Virus record (IMG/VR): IMGVR_UViG_3300040529_000001
Location: 1 to 59,638 of that record
Source: a virus
Taxonomy: Duplodnaviria > Caudoviricetes
Length of the DNA: 59,638 nucleotides
Direction: 5' to 3' (one strand)
Part shown: positions 25,855 to 33,331 of the stretch, one piece after another
Layout of the letters: each line of letters starts with the position of its first letter
Position numbering within the stretch: the stretch's first letter is position 1
The notes under the pieces: model-generated
Seen by the model: only the letters and a program-made list of their open reading frames with translations
Databases searched by the model: none
Told to the model about the DNA's origin: nothing
Program-made: the position numbers and the translations under genes

Positions 25855-25993
25855 TGTAAGGCAGCGAGGCAGGGAACGGAAGTGCTAGGGGAAGAGCCCG
25901 AACGAGGGGCCAACCCGAAGAGAGGCTCTCGGGCCTCCTGCCCCGTCGACTGAAGAGCAGGGCTAAGACCCCAGCGTCCCTCGCTTCCTTACA
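25855..25993 (+). ncRNA. candidate structured ncRNA or cis-regulatory leader (~139 nt)
   Basis: Starts about 7 nt after the TAAGGT -10 box (25843-48). The 5' TGTAAGG-C-AGCGAGG pairs with the 3' CCTCGCT-T-CCTTACA, with nested internal stems and no credible ORF. Confidence 0.6.
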
Positions 25994-26023
25994 CCCCAGC
26001 AGGCCACAACAAGGAGACGCGAC

Positions 26024-26338
26024 GTGAAGAAGATCGTGACCGCCGTTCTGGTGGGCGCCCTGGCCATCGGCGGGATGTCCGGGTGCGTGAGCGACAAGCG
26101 CCAGATCGACCAGAGCGAGACCGGCTCGTTCCGGATCGAGGGGACGTCCTGGTACGGGTTCTGCCAGGGCCGGAACGCCTTCATCTGGGTGCCGAGCAAG
26201 TACGACTCCGACCCGGACGAGCTGGAGGCCGTCATCTACGACGACTACCGCTGTGTCAAGGACATCAACCCCGGCACGCCCTCCAGCTCCAGCAAGCCCG
26301 ACACCGACCCGGACGGCCTCCTGGACGACGAGGACTGA
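26024..26338 (+). CDS. lipoprotein
   Basis: MKK + hydrophobic stretch + lipobox MSGC; AAGGAG RBS. Confidence 0.78.
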   Translation: MKKIVTAVLVGALAIGGMSGCVSDKRQIDQSETGSFRIEGTSWYGFCQGRNAFIWVPSKYDSDPDELEAVIYDDYRCVKDINPGTPSSSSKPDTDPDGLLDDED

Positions 26339-26384
26339 CCCACCGCCCACCCAGCCAGACCGAACAGGAAGGGGGCCGCACCCG

Positions 26385-26948
26385 ATGCGACTCCAGGTCA
26401 ACATGATCGAGCTGGACGAGGAGCGCTGGGCATACCTCCAGGCCAACGTCCATACGGAGTACGAGATCCCCGAGGGCGCGAGCCGGGTCTGTATGACCTT
26501 CATCTACGGGGAGGAGGAGCGCCACGTGGAGATGACCACGGGCGCGTTCCTGGGCCTGCTGATGGGCCTCGGGATGGTTGGGGTGACGCGCGAGCTGCGC
26601 AACGCCATGGCCAAGCTGCGGCCGGTGGACCTCCCCACGTTCCTGGACCAGGTCCGGCGCTCGGCCGACCCGGCGCGGCCGTTCCTGCCGACCCCGGCCA
26701 TGGTGCGGAACCTCAGCTCTCGGGAGGCGGCCGACCTGGTCAAGCTGCTCAACCAGCCGTGCGAGCACGACTCGCCGGTGACCGGCTACCAGGAAAGCCA
26801 GTTCGACGGCGCGCCGCCGGTGCGCACCCACAAGGACGGGTGCCAGAGCTACGGGCCGTACGCCAAGCCCGAGCAGGACGGGCCGCCGCTGGCCGAGAAC
26901 CTGGACCCGGCAACGGGCCGGTACACCGTCGACCCTGACAAGGCCTGA
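26385..26948 (+). CDS. hypothetical protein
   Basis: RBS and GC3 bias; within the operon. Confidence 0.7.
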   Translation: MRLQVNMIELDEERWAYLQANVHTEYEIPEGASRVCMTFIYGEEERHVEMTTGAFLGLLMGLGMVGVTRELRNAMAKLRPVDLPTFLDQVRRSADPARPFLPTPAMVRNLSSREAADLVKLLNQPCEHDSPVTGYQESQFDGAPPVRTHKDGCQSYGPYAKPEQDGPPLAENLDPATGRYTVDPDKA

Positions 26949-26951
26949 CAG

Positions 26952-27458
26952 ATGACTGTCAAGGTGTCCGGCCTGGACCTCTCGATCACGGCCACCGGCG
27001 CGGCGCACACCTCCACGGACGGGGAGTACGGCTGCACCCACGTGATCAAGACCAAGGGCACCAAGGATGACCGCCTGGTGGTGATCAAGAACCAGGTGTT
27101 GACCTACACCCGGGGCTCCGAGCTGGTGCTGATCGAGGGCTACCTGAACAAGTCGATGAGCGCTGGCATCACCGGCATGGTCCACGGGGCGGTCCGGTCG
27201 GCCCTGATCGAGGCGGGCACGCCGTACGCCACGATCCCCCCGGCCAGCCTGAAGAAGTACGCCACCGGCAACGGCTCGGCGGACAAGACAGCCATGGCCC
27301 TGGCCGCGTTCAAGCGCGCCGGGGAGGAGTTCAAGGACGACAACCAGTGTGACGCCTGGTGGTGCTGGGTGGCCTTGCGGGACAAGCTCGGTTCCCCGCT
27401 CTTCACCCTCCCCGCCATCAACCGGGAGTCACTGGCCAAGATCAAGATGGAGGCGTGA
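26952..27458 (+). CDS. ruvC: RuvC-like Holliday junction resolvase
   Basis: Catalytic pattern GLDLSITATG, VLIEG, LKKYATGNGSADK, DDNQCDA. Confidence 0.9.
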   Translation: MTVKVSGLDLSITATGAAHTSTDGEYGCTHVIKTKGTKDDRLVVIKNQVLTYTRGSELVLIEGYLNKSMSAGITGMVHGAVRSALIEAGTPYATIPPASLKKYATGNGSADKTAMALAAFKRAGEEFKDDNQCDAWWCWVALRDKLGSPLFTLPAINRESLAKIKMEA

Positions 27459-27844
27459 TGACGAGCATCGAGAGGCGTAAGGCCGATCTCCGAGCGGAGA
27501 TCGAGACGGCCCGTGCGGCGCTGGAGAGCGACCTGGCGCGCAAGGAGCGGTACCTGGCCGCCCTGGAGAACATGCCCCCGTTCGAGGATCTTGCGAACGG
27601 CACCGTGATGGCCTTGGTGGTCACGTACGGCCGGTCCCGTCCCTACGTGGTCATCGGCTACAAGGTCCGGGGCCTCTGGTACGCCACCGGGGACAAGAGC
27701 CCGAACGGGGTCAGCTCGGACTCCCTGGCGGAGTGGCTGGTCTCGTCCGGCCGCCGCCTGGAGCGGGCCGAGGTGCTGGCCGAGATCGAGGCCGTGACCC
27801 TGTCCGTGGTGGACCTGGGCGCCCTCCTGGAGGCCCGGGGATGA
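27458..27844 (+). CDS. hypothetical protein (paralog of 29939-30268)
   Basis: TGATG coupling; GTV.....Y...K..G.WY.TG..P.....L..WL pattern. Confidence 0.7.
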   Translation: MTSIERRKADLRAEIETARAALESDLARKERYLAALENMPPFEDLANGTVMALVVTYGRSRPYVVIGYKVRGLWYATGDKSPNGVSSDSLAEWLVSSGRRLERAEVLAEIEAVTLSVVDLGALLEARG

Positions 27845-28980
27845 CCGAGCCCGCAATGGGCCAGGTGGAGCGTCACCTGGCCCGTTCCGGGGGGCGCCTG
27901 GCGTGCCCCCACCCACCGCACCGATTCGCCGAGGTCCCGAACAGCCCGGCCTCGATCATCCTCCCCGAGTGTGCCGGTCGTGAGCGCTGGCTGGCCGCGC
28001 GCCAGGAGGGCATCGGCGGGTCCGAGGTGGGCGCGCTGGTGGGGATCTCGGACTACGAGACTTCCTGGTCCGTCTGGAACACCAAGAAGCGGGGCGGTAA
28101 GGATCTGTCCGCGCTGGCCGCCGTGGAGTGGGGCCACCGGCTGGAGGACGTGGTGGCCCAGAAGATTGCCGAGGAGATCGGCATGGTGTCGCGGTTCGGC
28201 GGTGGCCTCTGGGCGCACAAGGAGAAGCCGTTCCTGAGGGTCACGCCGGACCGGTTCGCCACCAAGCCCAGGAGCTGGAAGGCTCAGGCGCTGATCGAGT
28301 GCAAGACCGCCGGTGACGGGGACGAGTGGGAGTCCGGCACGATCCACCCTGGCGGCCGGGGCACCGGCTCCGCTCCGCTCAGCTACCAGGCTCAGTGCCA
28401 GTGGCAGATGGGGATCATCGGTCTGCCGGTGGCCTACCTCGGGTGCCTGGTGATGGGCCGGGAGCGGGAGTTCTTCGTGGTGGAGATCCACTTCGATCCG
28501 GAGTGGTTCGCCGAGCTGGCGGCAGAAGCCGAGCGCTTCTGGTTCGAGAACATAGTGGGCGACGAGCCCCCGATGCACGATCTCCGGCACCCCAAGACTG
28601 AGGAGATGCTGAAGGGTCTCCACCCGATCGTCGTGAAGCCGTCCACCGACCTCCCCGAGGACGCGTTGGACATGCTCCGGGACCTCCAGGAGGCCAAGGA
28701 CGCCGTGGCGAAAGCTGAGGCTGACCTGGACGCCATCAAGAACTTCTTCAGGCTGTGGACCGGTGACGCGGCCGAGGGATACGTGCCCCATCCGGACGGC
28801 AAGAAGGCTCTGAAGATCACCAGTTACCCGGTCGTGAAGTCCACCCGGATCGACGTGGACGCGCTCAAGACCAAGTACCCGAAGATCGCGGAGGAGCTGA
28901 CCGTCAAGGGCCAGTACCGGCGGTTGAACATCACCATCCCCAAGACCCTGAAAATGAAGTGGGCGGCCGAGAAGGCTTGA
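27841..28980 (+). CDS. YqaJ/RecE-like (lambda-Exo family) exonuclease
   Basis: Motifs WLAARQEGIGGSE, WGHRLE, TPDR, IECKT and YQAQCQWQM. Confidence 0.92.
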   Translation: MTEPAMGQVERHLARSGGRLACPHPPHRFAEVPNSPASIILPECAGRERWLAARQEGIGGSEVGALVGISDYETSWSVWNTKKRGGKDLSALAAVEWGHRLEDVVAQKIAEEIGMVSRFGGGLWAHKEKPFLRVTPDRFATKPRSWKAQALIECKTAGDGDEWESGTIHPGGRGTGSAPLSYQAQCQWQMGIIGLPVAYLGCLVMGREREFFVVEIHFDPEWFAELAAEAERFWFENIVGDEPPMHDLRHPKTEEMLKGLHPIVVKPSTDLPEDALDMLRDLQEAKDAVAKAEADLDAIKNFFRLWTGDAAEGYVPHPDGKKALKITSYPVVKSTRIDVDALKTKYPKIAEELTVKGQYRRLNITIPKTLKMKWAAEKA

Positions 28981-29025
28981 CTGTGAAGTGTCAAGGTTGC
29001 TACCTTGACGGGTTGGCTGTAAGGT
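28977..29025 (+). promoter_or_regulatory. operator (28977-28994) followed by promoter TTGCTA-N17-TAAGGT
   Basis: Palindrome TTGACTGTGAAGTGTCAA, then the promoter hexamers. Confidence 0.7.
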
Positions 29026-29031
29026 AGGAAC

Positions 29032-29310
29032 CGCGAGCCGAGAAGGACCCCCTATCGGCGAGCACTCCGGGCGCTTCGCGGAGCCCGGCTCCCTGGATAG
29101 GCAGTTGTCAGCCCCTGGTGCACCAGCGGGCCACCGTGGTTCGAGTCCACGGCAGGGTGCGAGCGGTCCGAGGTTCGCCCACGACCGGTCCGATCAACTC
29201 AAGGCGGACGCCCTATTGCGACGGGGTTAAGAGGTCGATGCACTGGCTCGGTCGGGCGAGGCTAACCGTCGATTGTCGGGATACAGACCCGGCCGAGCTG
29301 CACCAACAAC
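29032..29310 (+). ncRNA. candidate multi-domain structured ncRNA containing a tRNA-like element (29088-29162)
   Basis: Non-coding gap after a promoter. Contains a UUCG hairpin, a T-arm CCGTGG-TTCGAGT-CCACGG, acceptor-like GCTCCCTG/CAGGGTGC, and a long GCTCGGTCGGG/CCCGGCCGAGC stem. Confidence 0.6.
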
Positions 29311-29356
29311 TCACTCACTGGCTAGCTCACTAGCTACCGCACAAGAGGAGGCCCTC

Positions 29357-29836
29357 GTGGCCCGCACTGCCAGCACGAACGCCACCCCCCAGGACGACGT
29401 GGACGAGATGTTCGGAAAGGCCCCCGTGGCCACCTCGGACGACGATTTCGCGGGGGTGGATGACCTCCTGGGCACGATCGAGGAGGACGACTCCGAGGGT
29501 TGGGTGCCCTCGGAGAAGGGCGAGGCTATCGCCGGAATCGTGGTCAAGGTGGGCGAGACCCGCTCGGACTTCGCCAACGACGGGGACGACCCGATGGTGC
29601 CCACCGTGACCATCCAGGTGCGGCCCACGGCCGAGCAGAAGGCCGAGGGCAAGCCCGGGGACAAGTTCCGGGTGATCGGCTACGGCGCGGTCCTGAAGCG
29701 CGAGCTTCAGGACGCGAACCCCGAGGTGGGGGACATGATCGGTGTCAAGTACTTCGGGGAGAAGCCGATCAAGAAGGGCCGGTTCCAGGGCAAGATGTAC
29801 AAGCACTTCGGTGTGGTCGTCCGCAAGAAGTCCTGA
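29357..29836 (+). CDS. putative single-stranded DNA-binding protein (OB-fold)
   Basis: GAGGAGG RBS; W.P..KGE.I.G.V...LKREL..ANP.VGD.I.VKY.GEK...YK.F.V; acidic N-terminus; follows the exonuclease. Confidence 0.6.
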   Translation: MARTASTNATPQDDVDEMFGKAPVATSDDDFAGVDDLLGTIEEDDSEGWVPSEKGEAIAGIVVKVGETRSDFANDGDDPMVPTVTIQVRPTAEQKAEGKPGDKFRVIGYGAVLKRELQDANPEVGDMIGVKYFGEKPIKKGRFQGKMYKHFGVVVRKKS

Positions 29837-29938
29837 CCCGAGGACACACCCTCTGGGCCGCCCGGCCCGTCCCCGCTGCGCTTCAGCGGTTGAAAGGCCG
29901 GGCGGCCCTCCTCGTCTCTCACTCCGAAAGGTTGACGA

Positions 29939-30268
29939 ATGGATGTCAAGTTCAAGCTGGACAGCCGGAAGGTCCCAGACGGGACCGTCCTCACGTTCGG
30001 CATCAGCTACGAGCGCGACCCGGGCGCCAGCCCCCAGGCTGAGCGGAAGGTCTTCACCTACGCCATGCTCAAGGCGGGTGGGTTCTGGTACGTCACCGGC
30101 GGGGGCAAGGTGCCCACGGCCGCCGGGTGGGGTGCCGTGGAGCGCTGGCTGGAGCGGGACGGCCGGGTGGTCGAGTGGGTCAACGCGGTGGCTCAGACCG
30201 TGACGCTGTGGCCGCTTCCTCCCTCCCCCGAGGGCACGGCGGGCCAGCCCGCCAAGGTCCAGGTTTGA
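29939..30268 (+). CDS. hypothetical protein (paralog of 27458-27844)
   Basis: GAAAGG RBS; the ATG lies inside an operator palindrome. Confidence 0.7.
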   Translation: MDVKFKLDSRKVPDGTVLTFGISYERDPGASPQAERKVFTYAMLKAGGFWYVTGGGKVPTAAGWGAVERWLERDGRVVEWVNAVAQTVTLWPLPPSPEGTAGQPAKVQV

Positions 30269-30301
30269 CACCTTGCAGTCGTGTCGGGTAACCTCGCAGC
30301 C

Positions 30302-30673
30302 ATGACTACACCTGAGCACGACCACGAGGCCGGTTGCCTGATGTGCGCGGTTCGCGCGCTGACCGAGGGCGACCCGGCAGCCACCTGGACACCCACTCAG
30401 CCCGGACAGACGATCTCCGGCGTGGTCCTCCGGATGGGCACCCTGGCTACCGACTTCGGACCGGTGCCGTTCGTGGACCTCTGGCAGGGAGGGACCGGCC
30501 GGGTGCGGGTGAAGGCCTACGGCTCTCCTCTGCGGCACGCGCTGGACGGGGCCGCCGCCCAGATCGGTGACCGGCTCCAGGTCTGGTACGACGGGGAGAA
30601 GATCCTGGAGTCCGGGCGGTTCAAGGGGCGCCCGTACAAGGCCTTCAGCGTGAACGTCCAGCGCGGGCACTGA
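30302..30673 (+). CDS. second SSB-like OB-fold paralog with N-terminal His/CxxC
   Basis: Aligns by eye with 29357-29836 (GEK....GRF.G..YK.F.V.V); leaderless from TTGACA-N18-TAACCT (30265-30294). Confidence 0.6.
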   Translation: MTTPEHDHEAGCLMCAVRALTEGDPAATWTPTQPGQTISGVVLRMGTLATDFGPVPFVDLWQGGTGRVRVKAYGSPLRHALDGAAAQIGDRLQVWYDGEKILESGRFKGRPYKAFSVNVQRGH

Positions 30674-30678
30674 GCACG

Positions 30679-30740
30679 AGGCCCGGCCCTCCCCGGGGCC
30701 GGGCCTTCCGTTTGACACTTTGCAGTCGTCACGGTAAGGT
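30679..30740 (+). promoter_or_regulatory. hairpin plus promoter TTGACA-N17-TAAGGT
   Basis: AGGCCCGGCCC...GGGCCGGGCCT, then TTGACACTTTGCAGTCGTCACGGTAAGGT (30712-30740). Confidence 0.75.
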
Positions 30741-30771
30741 GACAGGACACAGCGAGAGAGGACCACCGGAG

Positions 30772-32454
30772 ATGCTGAACCTGAGGGACTACCAGGAGCG
30801 GGCGCTGACCAACATCGAGACCGCCGAGCGCGAGGGCGTGCGCCGTCCGCTGGTGGTCCACCCGACCGGCACCGGCAAGACGGTCACGTTCGGCGCGGCG
30901 GTGGACCGCCGCCGGGGCAAGGGCCGGTCGCTGATCATGGTCCACCGGGACGAGCTGGCCATGCAGACCATCGAGAAAATGAGCTGGCAGGCTCCCGAGC
31001 TGTCCACCGGCCTGATCAAGGCGGAGTCCAACGAGGTGGGCGCGGACGTAGGGATCGTGTCCGTCCAGACGGGGAGCCGGGACAACCGGCTGGCCCAGAT
31101 CCTGGCCAGCCAGGAGAAGTACGGGGCATTTGGAACCATCATCGTGGACGAGGCCCACCACGCACCGGCCCCGAGCTGGACCAAGATGCTGACCGGGCTC
31201 GGCGCGTTCAACCCCTACGGCCCGCTCGCCATCGGCTTCACTGCCACCCCCGAGCGCGACAACGGAAAGACCCTCGGGGTGTGGGAGAAGGTCGTGGATT
31301 TCATGTCGATCCGCGAGGCCATCTACAAGGACTACCTGGTCCCGATCCTCCCGGCCGTGGTGGTCGAGACCCGGATGGACATGACCCAGGTCCGCAAGAC
31401 CGGCGGGGACTACTCGGACGGTGACCTGGGCCGGGAGCTGGAGGAGTCCGGCGCCATCACCCAGATGGCGGACGCCGTGGTGGAGCACGCCCGAGAGCGC
31501 AAGGGCGTGGCCTTCCTCCCCACGGTGCGGACCTCCGAGCTTCTGGCGGAAGCTCTCCGGGCGCGCGGCATCCGGGCCGAGCACGTGGACGGCACCACCG
31601 AGACCACCGAGCGAAAGGCCATCCTGGCCCGGCTGAAGACCGGCGAGACCCAGTGGGTGACCAACTGTGCGGTCCTGACCGAGGGGTTTGACGAGCCCTC
31701 GCTGGAGGCCGTGCTGGTCGGTCGGCCCACCAAGTTCCACGGGCTCTACGTCCAGATGGTGGGCCGGGGGACGCGGCTGCACCCGGGGAAGAAGGACCTT
31801 CTGGTCATCGATGTGGTGGGCGCCAGCCAGCGCCACGAGCTGATCGGCGTGGTGGACCTCGGGCTGGACCTGGACGACCCCCGCAAGAAGAAAGAGGAGG
31901 GCGAGGAGACCGAGAAGCTGGCGTGCCCCACGTGCGATGAGCCGTGCGACGTGCCCGGCCACCGGTGCCAGCTCTGCCACCGCTACCTCCCCGCCAGCAA
32001 GACCGCCACCGGTGACGTGAGGCACGACAACTGTCAGGCGCGCGTGGCGGGCAAGGTCGACGTGTTCGGGGCCTCTCGGCTGTCCTGGTTGCCAGTCGGC
32101 CCGGCCTGGGTCCTGGGCGCCGGTAAGGAGGTCGTGGTCATGGTCCCCGAGGGGATCGACACCTGGAAGCTGGCCGCCTACGAGGGCGGCCGGTTGCACG
32201 TGCTCCACAACGCGCTCCCGAGCGACTGGGCTATGGGCATCGGAGAGGACCGGGCCAAAGCCTTCCAAAAGCTGGCGGAGCGCTCGGCCCGCTGGCGTAG
32301 CCAGCCCGCCAGCCAGCTCCAGAAGTCTCGCTTGTTGCGCGAGGGTCTGCCCGAGGGCGCCCTCCCCCGGGTGCGGACCGCCGGTGAGGCGGCCGACCTG
32401 GTGACCCGCATCCAGGGCCGCCGCGCGGTCCGGAAGCTGGGAGTTCAGGTCTAG
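30772..32454 (+). CDS. SF2 DNA helicase (ResIII/Irc3-like) with Zn-binding insert
   Basis: Motifs LRDYQ, PTGTGKT, DEAHH, TATP, LTEGFD and QMVGRGTR. Confidence 0.95.
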   Translation: MLNLRDYQERALTNIETAEREGVRRPLVVHPTGTGKTVTFGAAVDRRRGKGRSLIMVHRDELAMQTIEKMSWQAPELSTGLIKAESNEVGADVGIVSVQTGSRDNRLAQILASQEKYGAFGTIIVDEAHHAPAPSWTKMLTGLGAFNPYGPLAIGFTATPERDNGKTLGVWEKVVDFMSIREAIYKDYLVPILPAVVVETRMDMTQVRKTGGDYSDGDLGRELEESGAITQMADAVVEHARERKGVAFLPTVRTSELLAEALRARGIRAEHVDGTTETTERKAILARLKTGETQWVTNCAVLTEGFDEPSLEAVLVGRPTKFHGLYVQMVGRGTRLHPGKKDLLVIDVVGASQRHELIGVVDLGLDLDDPRKKKEEGEETEKLACPTCDEPCDVPGHRCQLCHRYLPASKTATGDVRHDNCQARVAGKVDVFGASRLSWLPVGPAWVLGAGKEVVVMVPEGIDTWKLAAYEGGRLHVLHNALPSDWAMGIGEDRAKAFQKLAERSARWRSQPASQLQKSRLLREGLPEGALPRVRTAGEAADLVTRIQGRRAVRKLGVQV

Positions 32455-32555
32455 GCTTGCCACCAGACCGGCATGGCTGTAAGGTAGCGATTCCGGGGAC
32501 ACGGGAGGGACCGAAAGGTCCCCCCGGTCCCCCCACAGGACGGGGAGGTCCGAGA

Positions 32556-33260
32556 ATGATCCGCACGTTGGAAGAGGTCCAGGGGTCGCGTCTCGCGGTC
32601 AACATCCGAGAGGTGGCGTTCGCTGGAAATGAGCTGACGGTCCGGCTCACGATTGACGGTTCACTGTCAACCGTCCCGCTCGGCGGTCAGGAAGAGCGGC
32701 TCTACACGGCCGAGGAGGTGGGCAACCTCCAGGCTGGAGAGGCCGAGCTGGTCAGCGCGCCGTTGCGGCGCCAGGTGGCCGAGCTGGAGGCCGAGGTGGA
32801 CCGGCTGAAGAAGGGCCACGTGTGCACCAGCTCGTGCAAGCCGAACGCGCACGTGGCCTTCACCGGCCGCCAGCGGCTGGAGGAGCTGGAGCGCCAGGTG
32901 CACGACGAAACCGAGCGCGCGGACAACCTGGAGGACGAGCGGAACCGCTTGGCTCGCCGGGTGGCTGAGCTGGAGCGTTCGCTGAGTCGCTCGATCGACC
33001 GGGAGAACCGGATGGAGACCGAGCGCGCCGAGCTGGACGAGACGCACCGGCAGAGCCTGGCGGCCCGGGACCGTCTCCTGGGGAGCGCCACCACCCGGAT
33101 CAGGTCGGCCCGCGAGCTGCTGACCACCCCCGAGGTGGCCCAGGCTCGCCGGATGGATTGCTCCCGGACGGGCACCACGATGGGGTACGCCATCGGGGCC
33201 GCTCTCCGTGTCTTGGAAGGTCCCCCCAGTCCCCCCACCGATGAGACGTCACAGGCGTAG
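32556..33260 (+). CDS. coiled-coil hypothetical protein
   Basis: GGAGGT RBS; promoter TTGCCA-N17-TAAGGT at 32457-32485; heptad pattern. Confidence 0.72.
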   Translation: MIRTLEEVQGSRLAVNIREVAFAGNELTVRLTIDGSLSTVPLGGQEERLYTAEEVGNLQAGEAELVSAPLRRQVAELEAEVDRLKKGHVCTSSCKPNAHVAFTGRQRLEELERQVHDETERADNLEDERNRLARRVAELERSLSRSIDRENRMETERAELDETHRQSLAARDRLLGSATTRIRSARELLTTPEVAQARRMDCSRTGTTMGYAIGAALRVLEGPPSPPTDETSQA

Positions 33261-33331
33261 GGTCGACAGACGGAGCCGGGCCGGTCCCTGGAGGACCGGC
33301 CCGGAGTACAACGTGAAAGGAAGACCGAACT

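Noticed and set aside
25948-25960. Hammerhead ribozyme (CTGAAGAG resembles CUGANGA)
   Set aside because: I found no matching GAAA strand or stem arrangement.
29088-29162. Canonical tRNA gene
   Set aside because: There is no 7-nt anticodon loop, the stem geometry is 8+6, and no CCA is encoded, so it is reported only as tRNA-like.
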